Shown: positions 19,701 to 28,931 of the stretch, in pieces | How the letters are laid out: each line of letters starts with the position of its first letter | How positions within the stretch are numbered: the stretch's first letter is position 1 | Assembly: GCA_030697705.1 (NCBI GenBank) | Contig: JAUYPE010000006.1 | Coordinates: 4,686-68,685 of the forward strand | Reading direction: 5' to 3' | Origin: a bacterium | GTDB taxonomy: Bacteria > Patescibacteriota > Minisyncoccia > Sungbacterales > HO2-52-23 | Length of the DNA stretch: 64,000 nt | Position numbers and translations under genes: made by a program | The notes under the pieces: model-generated | What the model was told of the DNA's origin: nothing | What the model saw: only the letters and a program-made list of their open reading frames with translations | The model's database searches: none

Positions 19701-21557
19701 ATGTGCGGCATTATCGGTTACATCGGTAAACGGCAAGCGCTGCCTCTCCTTGTGGAGGGATTACGGCGCATGGAGTACCGCGGGTACGACTCGGCTGGCG
19801 TCGCGGTTGCCATGCCGTCAGGTATTTTTACCGCGCATGCGGTGGGGATGATAAATGCGCTCGATGAGAAACTCGCGGCGTTATCCGGCCTGGCGGGAAC
19901 GCTGGGTATTGGCCATACGCGCTGGGCGACGCACGGCGGCGTGACGGAACAAAACGCCCACCCGCACGCCGACTGTACGGGGGACGTTTGGGTCGCGCAT
20001 AACGGCATTATTGAAAATTATAGTGAGTTGAAAAATGAGCTTACGGCGCGCGGGCATGTCTTTCGTTCCGAGACGGATACCGAGGTTCTGCCGCATTTGA
20101 TTGAAGAGGCGGCGCGCGCGTATCCGGAGGCGGGGCTCGGCGAGCAGGTTCGAGTGGCACTGCAAAAGATTATCGGTACCTACGGGATTGTTGTTCTTGA
20201 CCGGCGCGCGCCCGAAACGCTGATTGCGGCGCGCAACTTCAGTCCGCTTTTGATTGGTATCGGAGGTGGCGGTATTGGCGACGGAGAATATTTCGTCGCC
20301 TCGGACGCTTCGGCGGTGCTCAAACACACCAAAGAAGTTATTTATTTGGATGACGGTGAGATCGCTGTGCTCACGCCGCGTGGACATCATGTCTCGGATC
20401 TCGGCCGCAACACGCGGACAAAAACCTCGGAGCGCATTGAGTGGACGGATGATGAGGTCAAAAAAGACGGCTATGCGCACTTTATGCTCAAAGAAATTCA
20501 CGGCGAGCCGGAGGCGATTGAGAATTCCATTCGCGGGCGCATTGTTTTGGAAGAGGGAGGCGCGAGACTGGGCGGTCTGGCTGATGCGCTCGGCGTTCTG
20601 CGGGAGGCGCAAAGAATACTCATCGTCGGTTGCGGGACGGCGTATCATGCGGGGCGCATCGGTGAATATATGCTGGAAGAGTACGCAAGCATTCCCGTAG
20701 AGACCGATATCGCCTCCGAATTTCGCTACCGCAAGCCGGTGTTTCGTCCTGGTGATGTGCTCCTCGCCATCTCGCAGTCGGGCGAGACGGCTGACACGCT
20801 CGCCGCCGTGCGTGAGGCGAAGCAAAAAGGCGTTTTCACTCTCGGCATCGTGAATGTCGTCGGCTCCAGTATCGCGCGGGAAACTCATGCGGGTGTGTAC
20901 CAGCATATCGGTCCGGAGATTGGCGTCGCCTCCACCAAAGCATTCACCTCGCAGGTTGCCATTCTTGCCCTGCTCACGCTTCTCGTCGGTCGCCAGCGCG
21001 ACATGTCGCTTGTGACGGGCGAGCGCATCGGGAGTGAGCTGAAAAAAATCCCCGACCTTATGCGGGAGATTCTCAAGCAAGAGCGTGCGATTAAAAAAAT
21101 CGCGGCGAAATATAAAAATGCGCAAAACTTCTTTTTCCTCGGGCGCAAATATAATCTTCCCGTCGCGCTGGAGGGCGCATTGAAATTAAAAGAAATCTCG
21201 TATGTCCATGCCGAGGGGTGCGGCGCGGGGGAGTTGAAGCATGGGCCGATTGCGATGATTGATAAGCACCTGCCTTCCATCTGTATCGTCCCGCACGACT
21301 CAACCTACGAAAAAATGATCTCCAATATGGAGGAGATTCGTGCCCGCAAAGGTCCCATTATTGCCATCGCAACGGAGGGCGACGAGCGCGTACAGACAAT
21401 CGCCGATGATGTCATCTATATTCCCAAAACACTGGAGATGCTTACCCCGCTCCTTTCAGTCATACCGCTCCAGCTTTTCGCGTATCATTTCGGTGTCCAG
21501 CATGGCCATGACGTTGACAAACCCCGCAATCTCGCCAAGTCCGTGACGGTGGAATAG
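19701..21557 (+). CDS. glmS: glutamine--fructose-6-phosphate aminotransferase
   Basis: MCGIIG start, EYRGYDSAG, GHTRWATHG, SQSGETADT, PRNLAKSVTVE. Confidence 0.98.
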   Translation: MCGIIGYIGKRQALPLLVEGLRRMEYRGYDSAGVAVAMPSGIFTAHAVGMINALDEKLAALSGLAGTLGIGHTRWATHGGVTEQNAHPHADCTGDVWVAHNGIIENYSELKNELTARGHVFRSETDTEVLPHLIEEAARAYPEAGLGEQVRVALQKIIGTYGIVVLDRRAPETLIAARNFSPLLIGIGGGGIGDGEYFVASDASAVLKHTKEVIYLDDGEIAVLTPRGHHVSDLGRNTRTKTSERIEWTDDEVKKDGYAHFMLKEIHGEPEAIENSIRGRIVLEEGGARLGGLADALGVLREAQRILIVGCGTAYHAGRIGEYMLEEYASIPVETDIASEFRYRKPVFRPGDVLLAISQSGETADTLAAVREAKQKGVFTLGIVNVVGSSIARETHAGVYQHIGPEIGVASTKAFTSQVAILALLTLLVGRQRDMSLVTGERIGSELKKIPDLMREILKQERAIKKIAAKYKNAQNFFFLGRKYNLPVALEGALKLKEISYVHAEGCGAGELKHGPIAMIDKHLPSICIVPHDSTYEKMISNMEEIRARKGPIIAIATEGDERVQTIADDVIYIPKTLEMLTPLLSVIPLQLFAYHFGVQHGHDVDKPRNLAKSVTVE

Positions 21558-21601
21558 GGTTGTGATAAGCATGGGATCAAGAGAAGCATGGTGCACCAAC
21601 T

Positions 21602-21629
21602 AAAAAATCCATCCGGAAAGATAGATTTT
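21602..21629. terminator. hairpin terminator, best U-tract on minus strand
   Basis: AAAAAATCCATC-cggaaa-GATAGATTTT. Confidence 0.6.
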
Positions 21630-21635
21630 CTAGCG

Positions 21636-21703
21636 TGGAGCCAAGGGGAATCGGACCCCTCTATCCGAGTTGTTGATCACGGATCCCTCCCAAAGGTGGC
21701 CCC
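21636..21703 (-). ncRNA. 68-nt tRNA(Ala)/tmRNA-TLD-like RNA (non-canonical)
   Basis: acceptor GGGGCCA/TGGCTCC+A with G3.U70; T-arm AGGGG-TCCGATT-CCCCT; middle arm ATCCGtG/CtCGGAT; short D region. Confidence 0.5.
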
Positions 21704-21739
21704 TCGGGCTCCACAAAAGTATGGTATCATTTTTAAAAC

Positions 21740-21800
21740 AAAAAGAAAGCCCGAGATCGCTCTCGGACATTCGGGATCCTCTTGAATCCGTGATCAACAT
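21740..21800 (-). ncRNA. putative ~60-nt small RNA complementary to the tRNA-like element
   Basis: starts just after a TTGACA-18-TACACT promoter; ends in GTCCGAGA-gcga-TCTCGGGC-TTTCTTTTT terminator. Confidence 0.45.
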
Positions 21801-21804
21801 AATC

Positions 21805-21834
21805 AGTGTACTCCTAGCGGTAGGAGAGTGTCAA
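21805..21834 (-). promoter_or_regulatory. sigma70-type promoter
   Basis: TTGACA (21834-21829), 18-nt spacer, TACACT (21810-21805). Confidence 0.6.
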
Positions 21835-21934
21835 GTGTCATCACTGGCAGTGGCTTAATTGAAAATTGCGATGCAATGGCATAGATAGAGAGTTATTATA
21901 ATGTATTAGTGGTAGATGTCAATGACTTTTGAGT

Positions 21935-22020
21935 TTATCCACAGGCATACTTGGCACCATTGCATGACAGGGCAAGAGCCCTTGCCCACTTTCAAATTAC
22001 CCTGCGGATAATGTGGATCA
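21935..22020. promoter_or_regulatory. DnaA-box-like sites
   Basis: TTATCCACA at 21935-21943; one-mismatch TGCGGATAA 22003-22011 and TGTGGATCA 22012-22020. Confidence 0.4.
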
Positions 22021-22036
22021 TTGGTCTGCCTTTTTT

Positions 22037-23143
22037 ATGAAGCTTTACGAGTACGAAGGAAAGGAATTGTTCAAGAAATATAATATTCCCGTGCCGAAGG
22101 GAGTGGTTGTTTCGCGTGGGGAGGAGGTGCCGGATGGGGACGAGCCCGTGTTTCTCAAAGCGCAGGTAAAGTCGGGAGACAGGAAAAAAGAAGGGGGGAT
22201 TCTAGAGGCGAAAAACCACGCCGCGGCGATGAAGGGTGCGTGGGAACTTTTGGATAAGAAAATAAAAGGGGAGCAGGTGGAAAAAGTATTGGTAGAGGAG
22301 CGCGTGGATGCGGCGAAAGAATACTATGTAAGTTTTAGTTACGACTCGGACTATCGTGCGCCGGTGCTTTCGGTCTCAACCAAGGGCGGATCGGGGATTG
22401 CTAAAGCGCATATCGTTCCCGTTGATATGCTCTGGGGCGTGCCGAATTTTTTTCTGCGCGATGCCCTCACCGCGGCGGGATTTCCCCAAGAAGATATCGC
22501 GGGCGTGAGCCGCGTGGCGCAGAGCTCGTACTCCCTTTTCATCAAAGAATACGCGCTTCTTGCCGAGATGAATCCGTTATTCAAAACGAAAGATGGCGCG
22601 TTTGTTGCCGGAGACGCAAAAATAATTCTGGATGACGAGAAATATAATCCCGGCGAGCGGAGATTTTTGGACATGGATGGAGATATCGCGGTATTGGCAT
22701 CAGGGGGCGGCGCGTCGCTTTTGAATATGGATGCGCTCTTGCGATGCGGCGGCCGGCCGGCAAATTATACCGAATACTCGGGAAATCCCAAGAGCGATGT
22801 GGTCAAAGAATTGACGAAACGCGTGTTAAGTCGTCCGGGGCTCAAAGGATGCTGGGTGGTGGGCGGGACGGCGAACTTTACCGATATTTATGAAACGCTA
22901 AAAGGATTTTTGGATGGTTTGCGGGGAGTTACACCGAAGCCGAATTACCCGATCGTTATCCGTCGTGACGGGCCGCGTCGTGCCGAGGCGTTTGCCATGC
23001 TCAAAGAAGTTAGTGAAAAAGAAGGGTATGATTTTCATCTATTCGGATCCGATACGGCAATGGCGGATACGGCAAAGATTATGGTACGGGAGGCGTATGG
23101 GAAAAAGAAGAGATCGCCGCGCGGTTCTCAAAAAACAGCATGA
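22037..23143 (+). CDS. ATP-citrate lyase / citryl-CoA synthetase large subunit (ATP-grasp + citrate-binding domain)
   Basis: MKLYEYEGKELF, EMNPL, DAKI; GDIAVLASGGGAS...PANYTEYSGNP and VGGTANFTD resemble the ACL citrate-binding domain more than SucC. Confidence 0.85.
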   Translation: MKLYEYEGKELFKKYNIPVPKGVVVSRGEEVPDGDEPVFLKAQVKSGDRKKEGGILEAKNHAAAMKGAWELLDKKIKGEQVEKVLVEERVDAAKEYYVSFSYDSDYRAPVLSVSTKGGSGIAKAHIVPVDMLWGVPNFFLRDALTAAGFPQEDIAGVSRVAQSSYSLFIKEYALLAEMNPLFKTKDGAFVAGDAKIILDDEKYNPGERRFLDMDGDIAVLASGGGASLLNMDALLRCGGRPANYTEYSGNPKSDVVKELTKRVLSRPGLKGCWVVGGTANFTDIYETLKGFLDGLRGVTPKPNYPIVIRRDGPRRAEAFAMLKEVSEKEGYDFHLFGSDTAMADTAKIMVREAYGKKKRSPRGSQKTA

Positions 23144-24045
23144 GTATTTTGATTGATAAAAAAACACGAATCCTTATTCAGGGTATCACTGGTAACGAAG
23201 GAGCGCGCGCGTGCCGCGAGGCACTGGCGTATGGGACAAAAGTTCTTGCCGGTGTGACGCCGGGAAAGGGCGGACAGAGAGTGGAGGGTGTTCCGGTGTA
23301 CAACACAATTGCCGAGGCGATGCGCATACACGCCGCGATAAATACCTCGCTCATCGTCGTGCCCGGAGTGTTCGTCAAAGATGCGGCACTTGAGGCGATT
23401 CATGCGCGTATTCCGCTCATTGTGATACTGACTGAACATGTACCGGCGGCGGACGCGGCATTGATAGTGCACACCGCGCGGCGGTATGGCGTGCGAATTG
23501 TCGGACCCTCATCCATCGGCATCATCTCGCCGGGAAAGGCAAAAATCGGAAGCATTGGGACGGCTGAAATTGCGCATGTTTTTCGCCCGGGACCGATCGG
23601 TGTTATTTCCAAAAGTGGGGGAATGACGGCCGAGATTGCGGTAGTGCTTGGGCGTGCGGGATTCGGGCAGAGCACCGTGGTCGGCATCGGTGGGGATTTG
23701 ATTATCGGCTCGGATTTTGCCGATCTGCTGGTGCTCTACAAAGATGACCCCGAGACTCGCGCCATTGTTTTATTCGGCGAGGTTGGTGGGACGTACGAGG
23801 AGCGGGCGGCGGAGTATATCGCGCAGGCGAGGTTTAAAAAGCCGGTTGTGGCGCTGATTGCCGGACGGTTTGCGGAGGCGTTGTCGGAAGAGACGGTGCT
23901 CGGGCATGCGGGCGCCATCGTCGCGCGCGGACGGGGAAGTTACGCCTCAAAAATCCGCGCGCTCAAAAAAGCCGGCGTGCATATCGCGTCAAGCGTTGAG
24001 GAGATCCCGCTCATTTTGAAACGGGTTATGGGAAGAAAAAAATAA
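23140..24045 (+). CDS. CoA-binding subunit (SucD-like / citryl-CoA synthetase small subunit)
   Basis: QGITGNEG, GVTPGKGG, SKSGGMT, GEVGG, phospho-His motif GHAGA. Confidence 0.9.
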   Translation: MSILIDKKTRILIQGITGNEGARACREALAYGTKVLAGVTPGKGGQRVEGVPVYNTIAEAMRIHAAINTSLIVVPGVFVKDAALEAIHARIPLIVILTEHVPAADAALIVHTARRYGVRIVGPSSIGIISPGKAKIGSIGTAEIAHVFRPGPIGVISKSGGMTAEIAVVLGRAGFGQSTVVGIGGDLIIGSDFADLLVLYKDDPETRAIVLFGEVGGTYEERAAEYIAQARFKKPVVALIAGRFAEALSEETVLGHAGAIVARGRGSYASKIRALKKAGVHIASSVEEIPLILKRVMGRKK

Positions 24046-24051
24046 AGGTTT

Positions 24052-24528
24052 ATGGCGGATAAGAAAAAAATCTTGACGCTCTGTATCATCCGCGAGCCTG
24101 GCAGAGTTTTGCTTGGCATGAAGAAGCGGGGATTCGGCGCCGGCAGGTGGAATGGTTTTGGCGGGAAGGTGTGCGAAGAGGAAACAGTAGAGGCCGCGGC
24201 GCGGAGGGAGTTGTACGAAGAAGCGAGTGTCCGTGTGAAGAAATTAAAAAAAGTTGGCATACTGGACTTCAGTTTTGAGTACAATTCTGATCTGCTGGAG
24301 GTTCATGTTTTTAAGGGGGAGGGCATACGGGGAAATCCTTATGAAAGCGAGGAGATGCGACCCCGGTGGTTTTCACTTGACGAGGTACCCTTTCACGAGA
24401 TGTGGCCGGATGACAAATATTGGTTTCCTTTGTTTCTTGCGGATAAAAGCTTTCGCGGTAGATTCCATTTCGGACCGGATGATATGATCGTGGATCAGGC
24501 GCTTTCCGAAGAAGAAAAAATACGATGA
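24052..24528 (+). CDS. NUDIX hydrolase, MTH1/8-oxo-dGTPase-like
   Basis: LLGMKKRGFGAGRWNGFGGKV..ET...AARRELYEE, EEMRPRWF, MWPDD. Confidence 0.93.
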   Translation: MADKKKILTLCIIREPGRVLLGMKKRGFGAGRWNGFGGKVCEEETVEAAARRELYEEASVRVKKLKKVGILDFSFEYNSDLLEVHVFKGEGIRGNPYESEEMRPRWFSLDEVPFHEMWPDDKYWFPLFLADKSFRGRFHFGPDDMIVDQALSEEEKIR

Positions 24529-25268
24529 TGAAATGGAAAACGGCAATCAGTACGCATAAAGACGGCGAGTTGTATGTCCGCGGGCATGCGCTTGCCGGTC
24601 TCATTAACAAGCACTCGTTTACCGAGATGATTTTTCTTTTGCTTGCCAAGAGAATGCCGAATGAAAAAGAAGTGAAATTGCTTGATGCTGTCCTGGTTTC
24701 GTGCGCCGAGCACGGTGTTGAAGCACCTTCGGCGTTTTCGGCGCGTGTGTCTGTCTCTACGGGAAATTCGCTTCACGCGGCGTTGGCGGCGGGGATTCTC
24801 GCGACCGGCGAGTGGCATGGCGGCGCGCTTGAAAAAGCCGCGGAATACCTGCAGTCGGAAAAAACTCCCTCACAAATCGTACGGGATGTCAGGGAATCAG
24901 GCGGGCGGCTTGCGGGATTGGGTCACAAGATCTACAAAGACAAAGACCCGCGGGCGGAGCTTTTATTTGCCAAAGCGAAAGAACTGGGATTTTCCGGCAA
25001 CTATGTTCTGCGCATGCACGAGTTACAGAATGAGCTGGAGAAACAAAGCGGAAAAAAACTGCCGATCAATATTGATGGTGCCGGCGCGGCGTTAATTTCC
25101 GAGCTTGGATTTGACTGGCGCTTAGGCAAAGCAATCTTTGTGCTCGGGCGACTGCCGGGGATGATCGCGCATGCGCACGAGGAGATGGTGAATGAAAAGC
25201 CGTATCGTCGCTTCAGTGAAGAAGATGTGGAGTATGTTGGACCGGAGCCGAGAGAAGAATTTTTATGA
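24525..25268 (+). CDS. citryl-CoA lyase (citrate-synthase fold)
   Basis: WKTAIS..VRG, EHG, GEWHGGA, GLGHKIYKDKDPR, PINIDG. Confidence 0.88.
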   Translation: MMKWKTAISTHKDGELYVRGHALAGLINKHSFTEMIFLLLAKRMPNEKEVKLLDAVLVSCAEHGVEAPSAFSARVSVSTGNSLHAALAAGILATGEWHGGALEKAAEYLQSEKTPSQIVRDVRESGGRLAGLGHKIYKDKDPRAELLFAKAKELGFSGNYVLRMHELQNELEKQSGKKLPINIDGAGAALISELGFDWRLGKAIFVLGRLPGMIAHAHEEMVNEKPYRRFSEEDVEYVGPEPREEFL

Positions 25269-25696
25269 TTACGTACCGACGCCTTAAAAAAACGGATGCC
25301 GTAACGAGTCGCGCGGTGCATGCGCTGTGTGCCGAACTTTCCAAAGATGCAGGGAAAAATTATTCCGCCGTGCTCCTTGCTCGTGCGGTGAAAGAAAAAA
25401 ACAATTTTATTTGTGCGGCGTATGAACGTGGTGTGCTGGTCGGCATGGCGACACTCGTACATGCCGTAACGTTAAAAGGTATGTGCGGACGCATTGAGGA
25501 TGTGGTCGTACATGAAACCATGCGGGGCAAGGGTGTCGGGCGGGAGCTTATGCGACGTTTAATGAAAGAAGCGCGGCGGCAAAAAATAAAACAGCTGGAG
25601 CTGACGAGTCGTCCGAAGCGCACCGCGGCAAACAAACTCTATCAATCACTCGGATTCACGATACGGGAAACAAATGTTTACCGTATGATGCTATGA
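25265..25696 (+). CDS. GNAT family acetyltransferase
   Basis: IEDVVVHETMRGKGVG, LTSRPKR.AANKLYQSLGF. Confidence 0.92.
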   Translation: MITYRRLKKTDAVTSRAVHALCAELSKDAGKNYSAVLLARAVKEKNNFICAAYERGVLVGMATLVHAVTLKGMCGRIEDVVVHETMRGKGVGRELMRRLMKEARRQKIKQLELTSRPKRTAANKLYQSLGFTIRETNVYRMML

Positions 25697-26364
25697 AGAA
25701 AAAACAGCTGACAGCGCGGGCACTTCTTTGCGTTTTGGATTTTGACGGTGTGCTGTTTGATGACGGGAAATTCAAAGAGGCGCACCAAAGAGCGTTTAAG
25801 CGATACGGTGTTTCACCGCGCCTCTATGAGGATATCTATCATGAGGCAAAGCGGTTAACGGGCGGACATTACGCACCGCCGATCCATTACGCGCTCATCT
25901 CTCGGCGTGTGCCTTTGTTGTCTCGCGCGCTTCTCCATAAAAAAAGTGCGACTCTCGTCAGGCAGTCACGGCAGTATTTGTATGCGGATGTAAAACCGTT
26001 TCTTCAGTGGTGTGATGAGTCAGATGTGGTTCTGGCACTCGTGAGCACCGGTCACTCTTTTCAAAAGAAAAAAATTTCGGCAAGCGGTCTTGCGCCGTTT
26101 TTTAAAAAAACAGTCGTAACGAAAGATATTTCAAAAGTCGCGGGGATACGCGCGGTCATGGGGAAGGTAGGACATCGGCGAGTTGTGTTTGTAGATGACA
26201 AGCATAAGGTACTTGATGAGGTTAAAAGAGAACTTCCCGAAGTATTTACCGTCAGGATGGAGCGGCATAAGCGGGAAGCGGATGAGCGGGTCGATGAGAG
26301 CGTTCGCAACTTTGCGGGAGTCAAAAAAATAATCCATGCCATCAAAACAAAAAGCGCATTATAA
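25693..26364 (+). CDS. HAD superfamily hydrolase
   Basis: LDFDGVLFD, LVSTG, VFVDDK. Confidence 0.85.
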   Translation: MKKKQLTARALLCVLDFDGVLFDDGKFKEAHQRAFKRYGVSPRLYEDIYHEAKRLTGGHYAPPIHYALISRRVPLLSRALLHKKSATLVRQSRQYLYADVKPFLQWCDESDVVLALVSTGHSFQKKKISASGLAPFFKKTVVTKDISKVAGIRAVMGKVGHRRVVFVDDKHKVLDEVKRELPEVFTVRMERHKREADERVDESVRNFAGVKKIIHAIKTKSAL

Positions 26365-27346
26365 AAAAACAAAACTGCCGCGCGTTGTCGCCATAGGCGG
26401 GGGGCATGGCACTGCGGTTGTTTTGGAAGGGCTCCGCGACTATCCGGTTGATGTCTCGGCGATTGTCTCTATGGCGGATGACGGCGGCTCAAGCGGCATA
26501 CTCCGCCGCGAGCTGGGAGTTCTGGCGCTGGGCGATGTGCGGAGGGCTCTAGTTGCGCTTGCGGGTGATGAGTGTCGCCTGCTTGCAGATATAGCCGAGT
26601 ATCGCTTTACCAAAGGCGCGCTTGCGGGGCATGCTCTCGGCAATCTGATGCTGGTGGCGCTGGAGCGCATGACAGGATCATTTTCCAAGGGTCTCCATGC
26701 GGCGCATGAACTTTTTGGCGTGCGCGGACATGTCATACCCGTTACGCTTGAGTCGGCGGAATTATGCGCTGAATATGCCGATGGTTCTGTCGTACGCGGT
26801 GAGAAAAACATTGATATGCCGAAACGCGCCATTGTCCCTGCCATCCGGCGCGTATGGCTGGAGCCGAACGCGTCTCCGAATCCTGAAGCATTGGTCGCGA
26901 TCCGCAGTGCCGATGTGATTATATTCGGACCGGGGGATCTCTATACCAGTATCGTACCGAATATCTTGGTGCGCGGTGTTGCGGAGGCGATTAAAAAATC
27001 ATCCGCCAAAAAAATAATGATCGTAAACTATCGCACTAAGCGAAGCGAAACAAACGGTTTTTCCGCCACGGACTTTGTGCGAGAGCTTGAGCGGTATCTC
27101 GGTGAAGGTGTGCTTGATGTCGCACTGTGTGCAATAACGCGCGTGTCGCCGGACCGGCTGGCGGAAATGTTACGCGAAGGAGGGGAGCCGGTTTCGTACG
27201 CGGATCGCGGCGTCTCGCGCGCACAGCTGATCATCCGCTCTCTTTTAACAACGCGCGGTATTCTGCGGCATGATCCCAAAAAACTCGCCCGTGCGATCAT
27301 GGCTCTTTTACCGGCGAAACAAAAAAATGGAAATCGTCGCGCTTGA
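26336..27346 (+). CDS. yvcK: YvcK/CofD-like gluconeogenesis factor
   Basis: VAIGGGHG, ADDGGSSG.LR, GHALGNL, GPGDLYTS, RHDP. Confidence 0.92.
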   Translation: MPSKQKAHYKKTKLPRVVAIGGGHGTAVVLEGLRDYPVDVSAIVSMADDGGSSGILRRELGVLALGDVRRALVALAGDECRLLADIAEYRFTKGALAGHALGNLMLVALERMTGSFSKGLHAAHELFGVRGHVIPVTLESAELCAEYADGSVVRGEKNIDMPKRAIVPAIRRVWLEPNASPNPEALVAIRSADVIIFGPGDLYTSIVPNILVRGVAEAIKKSSAKKIMIVNYRTKRSETNGFSATDFVRELERYLGEGVLDVALCAITRVSPDRLAEMLREGGEPVSYADRGVSRAQLIIRSLLTTRGILRHDPKKLARAIMALLPAKQKNGNRRA

Positions 27347-27965
27347 ACATTCGGTACCTCCCGAACTTATTACTTGTGCAGTTGCACTGCTCCGCGGTGG
27401 CGGTGTTGCAATCCTGCCGACCGATACCGTCTATGGTATGGTGTGCGACGCATCAAACGCCGCGGCGATCCGTCGGATGTTTGCTTTAAAAAAACGCCCG
27501 AAAGAAAAAGCATTTCCCGTTTTTGTACGTGATATTCCTACCGCGCGCCGCCTTGCGTATATTGCCGATGCCAAGGCGCGATTTCTTGAGCGTGTGTGGC
27601 CGGGAGCGGTGACGGTGTTATTTAACCATAAAGGAAAACTGCCTAAGGTATTGACCGGCGGCTCGCAAAAAATAGGCATGCGGATGCCAGATCATCCGTT
27701 GCTCCGCGCATTACTTGACGAGTATGCCGCGCCGCTCGCACAAACGTCGGCTAACACGTCCGGCGCGCCTCCCGCAAAGACAAGCGAGGAGGTCTGCGCC
27801 TATTTTCCCGATGGCGGCGATGAGCCGGATTTGTTTGTTGATGCGGGTGCGATTGCGGGCGCGGCGTCCACGATCATTGATTACTCCGGCAATCAGACGC
27901 TTCTTGTTCGCACGGGCGTTATGTCCCGAGAGCGGCTTGATGAATTGTTTAAGAGTATGTTATAG
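27327..27965 (+). CDS. tsaC: threonylcarbamoyl-AMP synthase (Sua5/YrdC)
   Basis: LPTDTVYG, KKRP, WPGAVT, MRMPDH, TSANTSG. Confidence 0.93.
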   Translation: MEIVALEHSVPPELITCAVALLRGGGVAILPTDTVYGMVCDASNAAAIRRMFALKKRPKEKAFPVFVRDIPTARRLAYIADAKARFLERVWPGAVTVLFNHKGKLPKVLTGGSQKIGMRMPDHPLLRALLDEYAAPLAQTSANTSGAPPAKTSEEVCAYFPDGGDEPDLFVDAGAIAGAASTIIDYSGNQTLLVRTGVMSRERLDELFKSML

Positions 27966-27975
27966 TCCGCCTATC

Positions 27976-28653
27976 ATGCTTCTTTCCCGCAATGCGATTT
28001 TACGTCATTACCAACAAGGGAATATCGTCATTGATCCGTTTGACGAGCGGAAATTAAAAACAGTGAGTTATGATGTGTCGCTCGGCGATTGGTTTTGGCG
28101 CGAGGGGCATCCAGAGGGGCGTGCGACTGTGCACAATCTTTACGACGAAGAATCCACGAAGCGTGTGTGGCAAGGGCCGTTTCAGGCCGAGGCGCGGGAT
28201 GCGGTGTGCGAGCGGCTGGGAATGGATTTGAAAAATATTAAAACGGCGGACAAGATTATTCTCTTGCGTCCCGGCGAAACGGTGCTGGCGCATACAGAAG
28301 AATTTATCGGTGGTCGTGATCGTGCCGTCGCCAAAATGTACGCGCGCTCAAGCATGGGGCGCAATTTTATTGAGGTGTGCAAGGACGCCGGCTGGGGCGA
28401 TATCGGGTACTTCAACCGCTGGACGATGGAGGTGACGAACAATTCACAGTACTTTACTATTCCGTTGGTAGTGGGAAGGCGCGTCGGGCAGATGGTTTTT
28501 TATGAAGTAGAGCCGATCAGTGCCGTTCCCGATTATGTGAAAGAAGGCGGCAAATACCAGTACTCACAGGATATTGAAGAAGTTAAAAAATCATGGAATC
28601 CCCATATGATGATTCCGCAGATGCATAAGGATTGGGAAGTTGGCTCGGAATAG
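27976..28653 (+). CDS. dcd: dCTP deaminase
   Basis: IDPF, SYDVSLG, ARSSMGR, AGWGDIGY..RWTME, GQMVF, KYQ. Confidence 0.9.
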   Translation: MLLSRNAILRHYQQGNIVIDPFDERKLKTVSYDVSLGDWFWREGHPEGRATVHNLYDEESTKRVWQGPFQAEARDAVCERLGMDLKNIKTADKIILLRPGETVLAHTEEFIGGRDRAVAKMYARSSMGRNFIEVCKDAGWGDIGYFNRWTMEVTNNSQYFTIPLVVGRRVGQMVFYEVEPISAVPDYVKEGGKYQYSQDIEEVKKSWNPHMMIPQMHKDWEVGSE

Positions 28654-28727
28654 CAATTATATCGTAATGGGCGCTCTGCTATGGAGGAAGATTGGAAATT
28701 TTTAGATAAATAGGTTATAATACACCC

Positions 28728-28931
28728 ATGAAAAAATCTACGCTCCCTATCATTGATGTCAAAAAATATGGCGGTAAACAGGTGGCGATTGTGAGAGGAA
28801 AAATCGTTGCGTCTGGCGACTCAACGCGAGAGGTGCTTGTGCGCGCACGGCGGAAGGTTTCCCCTAAAGACAAGAATGCTATCTGGTTACTTACTGTCCC
28901 GCGAGGGCTTACAATGGTTTATCGTTTATGA
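28728..28931 (+). CDS. small DUF5678-like protein (putative antitoxin-like partner)
   Basis: KYGGKQVAIVRGKIVASG....EV pattern; 4-nt overlap with next gene. Confidence 0.75.
   Translation: MKKSTLPIIDVKKYGGKQVAIVRGKIVASGDSTREVLVRARRKVSPKDKNAIWLLTVPRGLTMVYRL

Noticed and set aside
19881-21125. Long antisense ORFs (also 42301..43488, 59024..59830, 45279..46127, 17363..18154)
   Set aside because: Shadow frames of well-supported genes on the opposite strand, with no recognisable motifs.
21558-21640. Tn7 insertion at the glmS attachment site
   Set aside because: No tns genes or recognisable Tn7 end repeats downstream of glmS.
21636-21703. Ordinary tRNA-Ala gene
   Set aside because: No 7-nt anticodon loop with an NGC anticodon, abnormal D arm, and T-loop TCCG; kept only as a tRNA-like candidate.
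21900-22030. Replication origin
   Set aside because: Only one perfect and two imperfect DnaA boxes, and no dnaA or dnaN nearby.
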